A DNA stretch of 64,000 nt from an uncultured Holophagales bacterium (GTDB taxonomy: Bacteria > Acidobacteriota > Thermoanaerobaculia > Multivoradales > UBA5704). Below are positions 34,834-44,399 of this stretch, one piece after another. The notes beneath the pieces were generated by a model. That model was not told where the DNA came from and did not search any database. It saw only the letters and a list, made by a program, of their open reading frames with translations. The position numbers and the translations under genes were made by a program. Location of the stretch: NCBI GenBank assembly GCA_963842525.1, contig CAWJGT010000003.1:1664001-1728000 (forward strand), written 5' to 3'. Position 1 is the stretch's first letter. The number at the start of each line of letters is the position of its first letter.

Positions 34834-35284
34834 CACCATTCCCAGCTACCTCTTCGACCAGAGAGACAGCATTCGAGAGTTCATTGGGATAACGAAGAGA
34901 TGGTGGGAGCAAGAGCGGAAGCATTTTCGCCTTGTAATATCTGAGGCGACTATCGCCGAAGTGAGCTCTGGTAGCCATCCTTACAAAGAGATGATTATCA
35001 GGGAGTGTATCTCCGGTCTCGAGGTGCTGCCTCCGCATGAGCGGCTGAAGGAAGTTGTATCTACCTACATCGAGAATCACCTGATGCCGGGGGGAGCAAC
35101 GGGAGACGCAGTGCACCTTGCCTATGCGTCATTCTATAAGGCTGACTTTCTTATGACCTGGAACTGCAATCATCTGGCAAATGCCAACAAGAAGCAGCAT
35201 ATAGCCATCATGAACGCCCGCTTGAGGCTGTTCATTCCAGAGATCGTGACTCCAATGGAGCTGTTTACGGAGACTGAATCATGA
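34808..35284 (+). CDS. PIN-domain (VapC-like) toxin
   Basis: IYLDSTIPSY, DAVHLAYA, LMTWNCNHLANA and IVTPMEL. Confidence 0.9.
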   Translation: MKRTIYLDSTIPSYLFDQRDSIREFIGITKRWWEQERKHFRLVISEATIAEVSSGSHPYKEMIIRECISGLEVLPPHERLKEVVSTYIENHLMPGGATGDAVHLAYASFYKADFLMTWNCNHLANANKKQHIAIMNARLRLFIPEIVTPMELFTETES

Positions 35285-35490
35285 TAACGAACCACATACT
35301 CGAAGATAAGTGGAAGGTGCAGAAGGAATTAAGTGAGCAGGCTGGACATGACCTCGGCAGATACATTGCGCTTATTCACCGGAAGGTCGAAGAGGCGGAA
35401 GAGCGTTATGGAATTAGGTTCCGGTACACTGAACATGAGGTTTCAAAGCCTAGACGCGGTCGTATTGGTTCGAGATCTTCCGGTACATGA
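35281..35490 (+). CDS. Small putative antitoxin-like protein
   Basis: ATGA overlap with the PIN stop; NHILEDKWKVQKELSEQAGHDL. Confidence 0.55.
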   Translation: MITNHILEDKWKVQKELSEQAGHDLGRYIALIHRKVEEAEERYGIRFRYTEHEVSKPRRGRIGSRSSGT

Positions 35491-35668
35491 TCTTCGCGCG
35501 GGGGACTTGGGTGCGGTCGTTGAAGTCTATGAGCCTGATGGTCTCGAGGTAGAGTTCGTTACTGCTTCGGGTAGGACGAATGCATTGGTCACATTGAATG
35601 TGGACGACGTCAGGCATATCGCTGATACAGACCTCGTTACGGTGCGGAGTCTGGCACGGTCGGCGTGA
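35435..35668 (+). CDS. DUF4926 domain protein
   Basis: LDAVVLVRDLP..DLRAGDLGAVVEVY...LEVEFV..SGRT.A.VTL. Confidence 0.8.
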   Translation: MRFQSLDAVVLVRDLPVHDLRAGDLGAVVEVYEPDGLEVEFVTASGRTNALVTLNVDDVRHIADTDLVTVRSLARSA

Positions 35669-35712
35669 TGCGCTCGGGGAAGAAATCGGCTCGCCTGGCG
35701 AGGTGACGGCCT

Positions 35713-36165
35713 ATGGGCAATAAAGAGTTCGATGCGGTGGCCATGGTGCGACTAATTCGCGATGAGATGTACGAAGAGACAAAGGACCTATCCAGGGAAA
35801 AGCTGATTGCGTTCTATCGCCGTCGCGGTGCTGCAGGCAGGGAAACACCGGCTCGCGCGCAACAGGTTACTGTGGGTGAGGAAGCACTGACCGTTGATCT
35901 CGTAGATGGAAGGACTCTCATTGTTCCCTTGATCTGGTTTCCACGACTTTGGCATGGAACGGCGACGGAACGTGACAATGTTGAACTTGTCGGGGATGGG
36001 ATCTTCATTCACTGGCCAGATTTGGATGAAGATTTAAGTGTGGCCGGGCTCTTGTCCGGCAATAGAAGCGAAGAGAGTTCTCAATCTTTGAAGAAATGGC
36101 TCGAGGCGCGTTCCGCCCAGCCCAATCCCCGGACTGGAGACGCAGTTCGTCGGGCGCCCGATTGA
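35713..36165 (+). CDS. Chimeric protein: PIN-antitoxin-like N-terminus fused to a DUF2442 domain
   Basis: The first ~38 aa are homologous to 34327..34506, followed by LTVDLVDGRTLIVPLIWFPRL...IHWPDLDEDLSVAGLL. Confidence 0.75.
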   Translation: MGNKEFDAVAMVRLIRDEMYEETKDLSREKLIAFYRRRGAAGRETPARAQQVTVGEEALTVDLVDGRTLIVPLIWFPRLWHGTATERDNVELVGDGIFIHWPDLDEDLSVAGLLSGNRSEESSQSLKKWLEARSAQPNPRTGDAVRRAPD

Positions 36166-36188
36166 AGCCGCGTTCACCTTGAGGCAGC

Positions 36189-36485
36189 ATGGACCACCCG
36201 ATCTACCGCGCGACTTCAGTAGAGCTTCTCGGTAGCTACAGGCTTCGAGTCGGCTTTGATGACGGCAGCACGAGGGAGATCGACTTGGAGCCAATCCTTG
36301 AGGGCGGGATCTACGGACCTCTGCGCGGCAGTACCTTGTTCGCTGCTGTAGAGATCGACCCGGAAGTACATACGCTCGTGTGGCCCAGCGGAGCTGACTT
36401 CGATCCGGCGATTCTGCACGATTGGCCAAAGCATGAAGGTGCAATGCGTGAGCTCGCCAAGCGATGGGCGATGGCAGGCGTATAG
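36189..36485 (+). CDS. DUF2442 domain protein
   Basis: YRLRVGFDDGSTREIDLEPIL.GGIYGPL...TLVWPSGADFDP. Confidence 0.82.
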   Translation: MDHPIYRATSVELLGSYRLRVGFDDGSTREIDLEPILEGGIYGPLRGSTLFAAVEIDPEVHTLVWPSGADFDPAILHDWPKHEGAMRELAKRWAMAGV

Positions 36486-36562
36486 GAAGGGTGCCGCGTT
36501 GGCTTACGCCGCCTGACACATGGCCTGCGGTCCGCGAGTCGCTGCAACGGAAGGAGAACCTC

Positions 36563-36955
36563 ATGTACACGTTCAATCGCGTCATTCCCCTCCTCGTCTA
36601 TGAGGATATCCCGGCGGCTCACGACTTCCTGGTCAAGGCGTTCGGCTTCGATTCCGGAGGCGTCGACCGCGACGGCGAGGGCCAGGCAGTTCATGGCGAG
36701 GTCCGTGCCGGGGATACGACGATCTGGCTGCACCGCATGACCGCGGAGCATGAGCTCAAATCTCCGCGTGCCGGGGGGATGTCGAGCTCAGGTCTTGTGG
36801 TACATGTGGATGACGTCGACGCGCACTGCGAGCGCGCTCGCGCGGCCGGCGCGCACATTGAATCCGAGCCGACAGACATGCCCTACGGCCAGCGTGAATA
36901 TGGGGCTCGGGATCCGGAAGGCCACCGGTGGTGGTTCGCGGCTCCCCTAAGCTGA
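36563..36955 (+). CDS. VOC/glyoxalase-bleomycin resistance family protein
   Basis: AAHDFLVKAFGF, VDDVDAHCERARAAGA and PYGQREYGARDPEGHRW; AAGGAG RBS. Confidence 0.9.
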   Translation: MYTFNRVIPLLVYEDIPAAHDFLVKAFGFDSGGVDRDGEGQAVHGEVRAGDTTIWLHRMTAEHELKSPRAGGMSSSGLVVHVDDVDAHCERARAAGAHIESEPTDMPYGQREYGARDPEGHRWWFAAPLS

Positions 36956-36972
36956 ATGGCAAAAGGAATGTC

Positions 36973-37392
36973 ATGCACATCAAAGACCTGTATTCGGTCA
37001 TCGTGACTGACAAACATACCGAATGCCGCGACTTCTATGTCCGCTGGTTCGGTTTTAAGGTTGTGTTCGAGGCGTCCTGGTTTGTCTACCTCGCAGCAAC
37101 GGGGGACCATGCGTTTGGCGTTGCCTTCATGTCTCCGGATCATCCTTCTCAGCCTCCGGGTCCCGAAACCTTCAATGGCAGAGGGATGTTCATCACGATT
37201 CAGGTCGCGGACGCGGCTGCGGAGCACGAGCGTCTGGAACGCGCCGGGCTTGCGATCGCGTATCCACTGCATGACGAGCCCTGGGGGCAGAGGCGCTTCG
37301 CTGTGTACGACCCGTCGGGAACGTGGGTCGATGTCATCGAGCAGATCGAGCCGGCGCCGGGATTTTGGGATAAGTATCTCACTGGAGAATGA
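36973..37392 (+). CDS. VOC/glyoxalase family protein
   Basis: DFYVRWFGF and DEPWGQRRFAVYDPSG. Confidence 0.9.
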   Translation: MHIKDLYSVIVTDKHTECRDFYVRWFGFKVVFEASWFVYLAATGDHAFGVAFMSPDHPSQPPGPETFNGRGMFITIQVADAAAEHERLERAGLAIAYPLHDEPWGQRRFAVYDPSGTWVDVIEQIEPAPGFWDKYLTGE

Positions 37393-37402
37393 GGTTAAAA
37401 CA

Positions 37403-38536
37403 ATGACATCACTCCAGCTGTTCGCCATTCTTGCGATAATTCTGGGTGCCGGCCCCGGGACGCCTGCTCTGGATTTCAGCCGCTCTGTTCCGCTGGAAAC
37501 GAAGGCGGAGGCTACGGCCAATGCCAGCCTGGGCGACTTGGATGGCGACGGCGATCTGGATGTCCTGTTGGCCAAGGGGCGGCATTGGCCCCAGCTCGAC
37601 CTAGTCCTTTTGAATGACGGCAAGGGGCGCTTCGACCAGCGACACCAGCTCGGCGACAAGGCCGATCGGACGTACACGGCGGCTCTCGGCGATCTCGACG
37701 GCGACGGCGACCTCGATGTCGTGGTGAGCAATGACTCTCCCGACGCGAAGGTGGTCTACCTCAACGATGGGAAGGCACATTTCACCCTGGCAGGCACCTT
37801 CGGACAGCCGGAGTGGCCCACGCGGAACATCACGGTCGCCGATCTCAACGGCGATGCCCGGCCCGACGTGGTCGTGGCGAACCGAGGAGGCCCGGAGAGC
37901 CTGAGCGCAAACCAGGTCTGCATGAATGACGGCCGCGGGCGCTTCCCGGCCTGCGCGGTGCTGTCGAAGGAATCGGCCACGTCGATCGCCGCGGGAGATC
38001 TCAACGGCGATGGTAAGATTGATTTGGTCGTACCGCACCGGGACGGAGGTCAGAGCTACGTCTTTTTAAATGATGGCAAAGGTGGCTTGGGGGATCGCCG
38101 CCCCTTTGGTCCTCCCAAATCGGCCTCGCGTGCAGTGGCGCTCGGTGACCTCGACGGAGATGGCCGTCTGGACGTCATCGTCGGCCATGAAGGCCTAGGC
38201 GGCGCGTTCGTCTTCTTGAACCGAGGAGAGGCGGCGTTCGCCGAGCCGGTGCCGGTGGCGGAGAAGAGCGACACTCCGTACTCGATCGCCGTCGCGGACC
38301 TAGACGGGGACAAGGACGCGGACCTCATCCTCGGGAACGAGCAGACGGCGGGGGTCGTGCTCCTGAACGACGGGACAGGCCGCGCGTTCACGCCGGTGCG
38401 CTTTGGCGACGGAAGTGGAGCGGTCTATGGTCTCGCCGTCGGAGACGTCAACGGCGACGGGTCCCCGGACATCGTTGCCGCTCGATCGGACGCCCTCAGC
38501 ATGCTTTTTCTGAATTCACTGTCGAGGCAGAAGTAG
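37403..38536 (+). CDS. Secreted FG-GAP/VCBS repeat beta-propeller protein
   Basis: Seven (G/A)DL(D/N)GDG..D repeats, each followed by an LNDG.G.F-like turn; signal peptide. Confidence 0.9.
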   Translation: MTSLQLFAILAIILGAGPGTPALDFSRSVPLETKAEATANASLGDLDGDGDLDVLLAKGRHWPQLDLVLLNDGKGRFDQRHQLGDKADRTYTAALGDLDGDGDLDVVVSNDSPDAKVVYLNDGKAHFTLAGTFGQPEWPTRNITVADLNGDARPDVVVANRGGPESLSANQVCMNDGRGRFPACAVLSKESATSIAAGDLNGDGKIDLVVPHRDGGQSYVFLNDGKGGLGDRRPFGPPKSASRAVALGDLDGDGRLDVIVGHEGLGGAFVFLNRGEAAFAEPVPVAEKSDTPYSIAVADLDGDKDADLILGNEQTAGVVLLNDGTGRAFTPVRFGDGSGAVYGLAVGDVNGDGSPDIVAARSDALSMLFLNSLSRQK

Positions 38537-38546
38537 TCGAGGGTCC

Positions 38547-39141
38547 ATGCACGCGACGAATATCACCTTTTTCGCTGCGCCCGCTGACTTCCGTGCATGG
38601 CTCGAAAAGCATCACGCCAAAGAGCAAGAGCTTCTGGGTGGGATTCTACAAGAAGGGCTCGGGCAAACCGAGCATCACGTGGCCCGAGTCGGTGGATGAG
38701 GCCCTGTGCTTTGGCTGGATCGATGGCGTTCGCAAGAGCATGGGCGAGGAGAGCTATACGATCCGCTTTACGCCCCGGAAGGACGGCAGCATCTGGAGCG
38801 CGGTCAATATCAAGCGCGCAGGAGAGCTGATCAAGGAGGGGCTCATGCAGCCGGCGGGTCTCCGGGCCTTCGAGGACCGCAGGGAGGACCGGGAGCGCCG
38901 CTATGCCTATGAGCAGCAGGGCTCGAAGCTCTCCGACGAGTATGAGGAGAAATTCAAGGCCGATCCAAAGGCCTGGAGCTTCTACCAGTCACAAGCGCCG
39001 TGGTATCAGAGGACGACCGCCTGGTGGGTGATGAGCGCGAAGAAGGAAGAGACCCGGCTCAAGCGGCTCGACCAGCTCATCGCGGACTCAGCGCGAGAAC
39101 AGACGATCCCGGCGTTGACACGCGACAAGAAGCCCAAGTGA
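38547..39141 (+). pseudogene. YdeI/OmpD-associated (bacteriocin-protection) family, frameshifted near 38632
   Basis: MHATNITFFAAPADFRAWLEKHH.KEQEL continues, one base out of frame, as WVGFYKKGSGKPSITWPESVDEALCFGWIDG. May be a sequencing error. Confidence 0.8.
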
Positions 39142-39152
39142 AACCCGCCTGA

Positions 39153-40511
39153 CTAGGGGTCCTCCTCCTTGGGATGGAGCACCAGCTCGAGCTCGATCGG
39201 CGGGTCCTGGTCGCCGCTGCCGATCACGATCTCCAGCGTGTCGCCCTTGATCTTCTGGCTTCCCCGTCCGAAGCTCGTATACAGCTCGTAGCGTTGCCCC
39301 TCGTACCCTTCCAGCCGGAAGCGGCCGGCCTCGTCGGTGTCGGTGCCATCGCCCCAGGTGTCCGGGTCGCTGAGGTAGACGGAGGCCCCGGCCGCGGGGC
39401 GGCCGTCCGGCCAGCGGACCACTCCGGTGACGGGGCGCCTCGCGAGCTTCGGCGGGAGCTGAAAGTCGATGGCTCGGACCTCGGAACGCCGCAGGGTGAT
39501 GCGAGTGGCCTTCGCCGGGTCGTCGGTGCCAGGGTACCAGGTGGCGGCATAGGGCGAGTCCTGGGCGCCGATTTTCCCATCCGGGTTGACCGCGACGAGG
39601 TAGTCCCCGGCGGGGAGCTCGTCGACGACGAAGCGGCCGTCTTCATCGGTCTGGGCCGACTGACTCGAGGACTCGTCTGTCGAGCGGGGAGCGTCCGCCT
39701 GCTGGATTTTGAGCCGCAGGTACACCGCGGGCTTGCCGTCGGCTTCGAATGCCCGGCCCCGGAGGGCAGCCAGGCGGCCGGCCTTGATCTCGACCCCGGT
39801 GCACTGCCCCGCGGGCACTTCGACCTGCTGCGGCTCGGAGGGCGCCAGATCCTTGGGCAGCCTGGCGTGGACGGTATAGGCGCCTTCGAGGCGGCCCTTG
39901 ACCTCGAACTCTCCTTCCGCGTCGGTCCGCGCCAGGTACCGCTGACCGCCGGGTCCTTCGACGGAGACGACGACCCCCGCGAGAGGCTCGGTCGAGCTGT
40001 AGCTCTCCAGGTCCTCTCGCTCCGCCCGGAAGACCCGGCCATACAGGGCTGTACGGACGCCTCCGCGGGCGACCAGCCGGGCATAGGCGACGTCGGCGGC
40101 CGCGTCCGCGAGGCGCTTCGTGGGGCTGCACAGCCAGGCGCTGAGCTCGCCCTTCTCGTTGCGTCCGGCATAGAGGAAATAGCTCGTGCCGATCGGAAAG
40201 TCGATCCCACAATCGCCCCCGCCGCTGCCGGTCAGGACGTCGACGGTCGGCCCCTCGACTCCGACGAAGGCTTCGACGACCTCGAAGGTAAAGCGGCGCT
40301 TCGGGCCGTAGTGGTCGCGCGGGCCGGGGATGTCCGCAACGCTGATCGCCCGGCCGACGAACACGGCATCTTCCTGATAATTCCAGTACGCCTCGCACGG
40401 CTGGTCGGCTCCATAGTCCATCGTGCAGGAGCAGGCGGTGGCGGCAGGGGGTGCCGCGAGGGCCAACCCCAGAAAGGTGAGAAGGGCGAGGGAGCGGATG
40501 GTGGATCTCAT
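39153..40511 (-). CDS. Secreted protein with TIMP/NTR-like N-terminus (CSC) and carboxypeptidase-regulatory-like domains
   Basis: Signal peptide ending ATA-CSC, AVFVGR, TGSGGGDCG..F, three TD..G.F repeats and TWYPG. Confidence 0.75.
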   Translation of the reverse strand: MRSTIRSLALLTFLGLALAAPPAATACSCTMDYGADQPCEAYWNYQEDAVFVGRAISVADIPGPRDHYGPKRRFTFEVVEAFVGVEGPTVDVLTGSGGGDCGIDFPIGTSYFLYAGRNEKGELSAWLCSPTKRLADAAADVAYARLVARGGVRTALYGRVFRAEREDLESYSSTEPLAGVVVSVEGPGGQRYLARTDAEGEFEVKGRLEGAYTVHARLPKDLAPSEPQQVEVPAGQCTGVEIKAGRLAALRGRAFEADGKPAVYLRLKIQQADAPRSTDESSSQSAQTDEDGRFVVDELPAGDYLVAVNPDGKIGAQDSPYAATWYPGTDDPAKATRITLRRSEVRAIDFQLPPKLARRPVTGVVRWPDGRPAAGASVYLSDPDTWGDGTDTDEAGRFRLEGYEGQRYELYTSFGRGSQKIKGDTLEIVIGSGDQDPPIELELVLHPKEEDP

Positions 40512-40586
40512 ATGGCTATAGACCCGCGAGACGCCCGGAGCGTTCCCTAGTACCTCGTCACAGTCCGAGTGACGGATAGCGTTTCA

Positions 40587-40645
40587 TGTAGGGGCGGCCC
40601 TTGTGGCCGCCCTCCGGAAGGGCACCCACAAGGGGCGCCCCTACA
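40587..40645. repeat. GTAG-type REP inverted doublet
   Basis: TGTAGGGGCGGCCCTTGTGGCCGCCC...GGGCACCCACAAGGGGCGCCCCTACA. Confidence 0.85.
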
Positions 40646-40711
40646 GAGGGACGATCCATCTTTTCCGACGTGACAGGGTACTAGGCCTCTTCACCTTCCT
40701 GGGTACCGCTT

Positions 40712-43700
40712 TCAGTCGAATCCCTTTCGGCTTTCGTACCACTGCTCGGGACGGCGGAGCTTGAAGTCCCGTTGCCCGTTGCGCAGCTCGATGCCGACCG
40801 CGAAACGGCCGTAGCGGAGGAACAGGTCGCCCTGCTTGGCGTCTTTGGTGAATCGCAGGCGCGAGCGGAGGTCGAGACGGCCGCCGGTCACCTGCAGGGG
40901 ATTGATTTCGATGAGGCCGTCGCCGAAACGCAGATCTCCCCGTGCCACGATGCCTTCGATGCTCAGGACGCGGTCGAACCAGCGCAGGAAGCTCTTCTTG
41001 CGGGCGAAGAGGGTGAGGAGGAAGCCGGAGTCCTTCATCTCCAGGCGCGCCGAGCTGCGCAGCGAGAGCGGCCGGCTCCAGACCATCGAGCCGTCCGTCA
41101 GCTCCAGATGGGCCCACCACCCTGGGCTGTGCTCGCCGGGAGCGGCATCCGTCTCGCGATAGGTGACCTCGTCGAGGTCGAGCCGGGTGCCGCCGAGCTG
41201 GAACCGGCCCGCCCGCAGGTCCGGGCTGGCGAGCTTCGTTCGCAGCATGAGCCGTCCCGCCAGCTCCAGGTCCTGGAAGCGGGCCTGGATCGCGTCCGAG
41301 CTCAGCACGATCTCACCCTGGCCGGACTGCGCGGCGCCGTCGAGGTCGAGCCGCAGCCGCAGCCGGCCCGTGCCGGAGAGAATGGCGACCCCCGTACCGG
41401 GAGGAAAGTAGGCATTGTAGACAGTGATGTCCGGCACCTCGGCCGCCGGCAGCTCGATGACCGCCCGCAGGTCGGTGACCGGCGTCGCCAGGTCGAGGTC
41501 CTTGGATCTGACGTCGAGCCGGAGCCCGCTGCCCCGGATGTAGGAGGGCGGCGCCGGCACGGACGGATCGTCGACGCGCGGCGAGATCTCGAAGCGGTCG
41601 AAGGCGACGCGGAAGGCCGCTCCCGTGCGCGGGTCGACGCTGCCGGTCACGGTGCCCTCGCCGATCGCCAGGCTGTCGAGGAAAGCGGCGGCCACGCGCG
41701 CGTTTCCGACGGCGAGGCGGGTGCCGGGCAGGAGCCGGCCCTTGTCCAGTCGGAGGTCGACGTCGAGCCGGCCTTCGCCGTCGATCCGCAGCCAGGGAAA
41801 TTTCTGGAACCAGCGCTGCAGGAGGCCCAGGGATGAGACCCGGCCCTGCACGGCGGCGGAGCCCGAGACGAGGCGCAGGAGCTCGGCGCCGTGGAGCTGG
41901 CCGGGGACCAGCGGATCGAGCCGACCCTCGGCGCGCACGGAGAGCCGGCGGGCGACGGTGGCTCCTCCTGATTCGACGCGGCCGGCCGGCACCGCGAAGA
42001 GGATCCGCCGGACCTCCAGGCCTGACCGCGGATCGAAGGCCAGGCTCCCCTCGATCGAGCCGGGTCCGAGCAGCCGGTCCCCTGCTGCGGCGATCGAGCG
42101 GATTCCGGTGAGACGGGCCTCCCGGAGGGCCAGAGACCAGGGATTGCGCGTGCCGGCGGACCGCGCCGCCGCCGGCCGGGCAGGATCGATCCAGACGCTC
42201 ACGCCGTCGCCGGTGACCTGGTCCAGGACGATTTGGCGGCGCCGCAGGGCCGCGAGATCGATCCGCCCGCGGCCTTGCTCGACCGTCACCTGCCAGACGG
42301 CCTCCGCGGTCGCGGAGCTCAGGCGGAGCTGCGAGACCTGGAGATCGCCCGGGAGGGACAGGGCCGGTTGCGGCGCTCCCCGCAGCTCGCGGGCCTGGAC
42401 CAGGAGACGGTCGAGGCGCAGCTCGGCGGTCGTGGTGTCGATCCGCGCCGTGGCGCTCTGGAGCAGGGGCGGCCGTCCACGCCCGCCGCCGATCGCCACG
42501 TCCCGGGCCTCGGCCGTCAGCCGCAACTGCGGCCTGCCTCCGGCCGCCTCGACAGCGCCGAGGACGAGGAGGGGCCGGGAGGAGATCGCCGGCACGGGCG
42601 TATGGAGCGCGAGCCGCGAGCCCGGCAGGAGCCGGCCCCGGTCCAGGGTCAGATCGGCATCCAGGTCGCCGCCCCCGCCCCGGTCCTGCCGGCCTTGCGC
42701 CTGGAGAGAGCCGGAGAGGAAGGCGAGGCCCGCCATGCCCGGGTGCTCGCGGGGGAGATAGGGACCGAGCCGCGCCGCGGCGTCGACGTCGAGCGCGCTG
42801 GCGATCGGTCCGCGCGGGCCTTCCAGATGGCCGGCGGACGTCCGCAGCGTCGTGGGGTCGAGGGTGAGCATCCCCTGCTCGTCCAGGTTGAAGCCGCCCT
42901 CGACCGCGACGTCCCCCGCGAGGCGGTATCCGTTGACGGCCACCTCGCGGACCGCGGTCAGATGGGCTCCAGCGATGCGGACGGCCCAGGGCCGGCGCGG
43001 CGCCTGGCCAGCCTCGGGAACGACGCGCCGCTTCCGCTCGACCCGTCCGGAGACGCCCTCGCCGCGCAGGCCTTCGACCACGGCCTGCCGGCGGAGCAGG
43101 GCGGGCAGGTCGATCCGCCCGGAGGCACGATCGGCAGCCACTTCCCAGGAGACGGTCCGGCTCGCGGAGGTCAGGCGGAGGTTCTCGGCGCGGAAGTCTG
43201 CAAAGAGGGTCGCGGGCCCCTCACCCCCCTGGCCCCCCTCTCCCACCCGCACTCCCAACCCACCGGGAGAGGGGGGAAAAGGCGCTGCGCCGGAGCTTCC
43301 TGGGTGGAGACTCCCCTCTCCCGCAGGTTGGGAGTGCGGGTGGGAGAGGGGCCGGGGGTGAGGGGCCAAAGCGCGGGCCGTGGCGAGCAGCCGGCTGAGG
43401 CGCAGCTCGGACGTCGCAGCCTTCAGATGAAGGGAGTCGCTGCGGAGGAACGGCGGGCGGTCCTGCCGGCGGCCCATCGCGAGGCCCGCGGTCTCGGCCT
43501 CCAGGAGGAGCTGATCCTCGCGAGGGACCCTGAGCATCACCCGAAGCGGCCGGGGCGACCGGATGTCGATGCGGCTCCCTGCGGCCAGCCGCCCCTGGTC
43601 CACCCGCAGGTCCACGGCGACCTGGCCCGGGCCTTTCGGGGGACCTGCGGCGCGCGACAGGATGGGCACCTCCAGGATGAGGCCCCGGACCCGCAGCGTG

Positions 43701-44368
43701 CCGTTGATGAAGTCGAGGCCCGCGACCCCCGGGTGCTGCCGTGGCGCGTAGGGCGCAATCCGGGCCTCCAACTGCACCTCGAGGTCACGCGCGAGCGCCT
43801 GGTCCGCGAGCAGCAGCCGCCCCTGCGCCATCTCCAGAGAACTGTTGTCAAGGTGAAAGGAACCGCCGATCTCCAGCGAGACACCACCCCGGACGCGGCC
43901 ATCGCCGGCAAGGCGGAACCGGCCGAGGCCGATCTCCCGGACGCCGGTGAGCGACACGTCCTCGATCCGCACCGTCCAGCCGCGCCTCTTGCGAGGGGCC
44001 GCAGCCTTCTTCCCCGGAGTCAGACCGACTGCCTTACGAACCAAGGACGAGCGCACGCCGTCCCCCGCGAACCCACGGACGCGGAACCGTCGCCCGAGCA
44101 GGCCCGGGAGGTCGATCCATCCGCCGCCGCGGTCGACCTCCAGGGACCAGGCCATCCGCGCATTGCTGCCGTGGATTTCCAGCCCGCGCACATCCACCCG
44201 TCCGGGCAGCAGGCTCCAGGCCGCGGTCCAATCGATCCGCAGCCGCTCCGGCCGCCGATTCAGGGCCCAGGAGCCGACCGGCGTATTCAGGAAGGCGTTC
44301 GCGGCGAGGAGATAGAGCCCCGCGAGCAGCGCGATCGCCAGGAGCAGCCGCTGGAGCCATTTGCGCAT
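40712..44368 (-). CDS. Large membrane-anchored beta-rich protein with three internal repeats (AsmA/TamB-like, uncertain)
   Basis: N-terminal TM; three repeats of W.V.....G.IDL..L..R and DL.(V/L)D.GRL..G(S/T)R; contains an in-frame REP insertion. Confidence 0.7.
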   Translation of the reverse strand: MRKWLQRLLLAIALLAGLYLLAANAFLNTPVGSWALNRRPERLRIDWTAAWSLLPGRVDVRGLEIHGSNARMAWSLEVDRGGGWIDLPGLLGRRFRVRGFAGDGVRSSLVRKAVGLTPGKKAAAPRKRRGWTVRIEDVSLTGVREIGLGRFRLAGDGRVRGGVSLEIGGSFHLDNSSLEMAQGRLLLADQALARDLEVQLEARIAPYAPRQHPGVAGLDFINGTLRVRGLILEVPILSRAAGPPKGPGQVAVDLRVDQGRLAAGSRIDIRSPRPLRVMLRVPREDQLLLEAETAGLAMGRRQDRPPFLRSDSLHLKAATSELRLSRLLATARALAPHPRPLSHPHSQPAGEGSLHPGSSGAAPFPPSPGGLGVRVGEGGQGGEGPATLFADFRAENLRLTSASRTVSWEVAADRASGRIDLPALLRRQAVVEGLRGEGVSGRVERKRRVVPEAGQAPRRPWAVRIAGAHLTAVREVAVNGYRLAGDVAVEGGFNLDEQGMLTLDPTTLRTSAGHLEGPRGPIASALDVDAAARLGPYLPREHPGMAGLAFLSGSLQAQGRQDRGGGGDLDADLTLDRGRLLPGSRLALHTPVPAISSRPLLVLGAVEAAGGRPQLRLTAEARDVAIGGGRGRPPLLQSATARIDTTTAELRLDRLLVQARELRGAPQPALSLPGDLQVSQLRLSSATAEAVWQVTVEQGRGRIDLAALRRRQIVLDQVTGDGVSVWIDPARPAAARSAGTRNPWSLALREARLTGIRSIAAAGDRLLGPGSIEGSLAFDPRSGLEVRRILFAVPAGRVESGGATVARRLSVRAEGRLDPLVPGQLHGAELLRLVSGSAAVQGRVSSLGLLQRWFQKFPWLRIDGEGRLDVDLRLDKGRLLPGTRLAVGNARVAAAFLDSLAIGEGTVTGSVDPRTGAAFRVAFDRFEISPRVDDPSVPAPPSYIRGSGLRLDVRSKDLDLATPVTDLRAVIELPAAEVPDITVYNAYFPPGTGVAILSGTGRLRLRLDLDGAAQSGQGEIVLSSDAIQARFQDLELAGRLMLRTKLASPDLRAGRFQLGGTRLDLDEVTYRETDAAPGEHSPGWWAHLELTDGSMVWSRPLSLRSSARLEMKDSGFLLTLFARKKSFLRWFDRVLSIEGIVARGDLRFGDGLIEINPLQVTGGRLDLRSRLRFTKDAKQGDLFLRYGRFAVGIELRNGQRDFKLRRPEQWYESRKGFD
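43217..43365. repeat. REP-like inverted doublet inserted in frame inside CDS 40712..44368
   Basis: Same family as 14847-14993; translates as HPRPLSHPHSQPAGEG...GVRVGEGGQGGEG. Confidence 0.85.
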
Positions 44369-44399
44369 GGGGGTGTGCGAGGAAGCCTCGCACGAGAGT

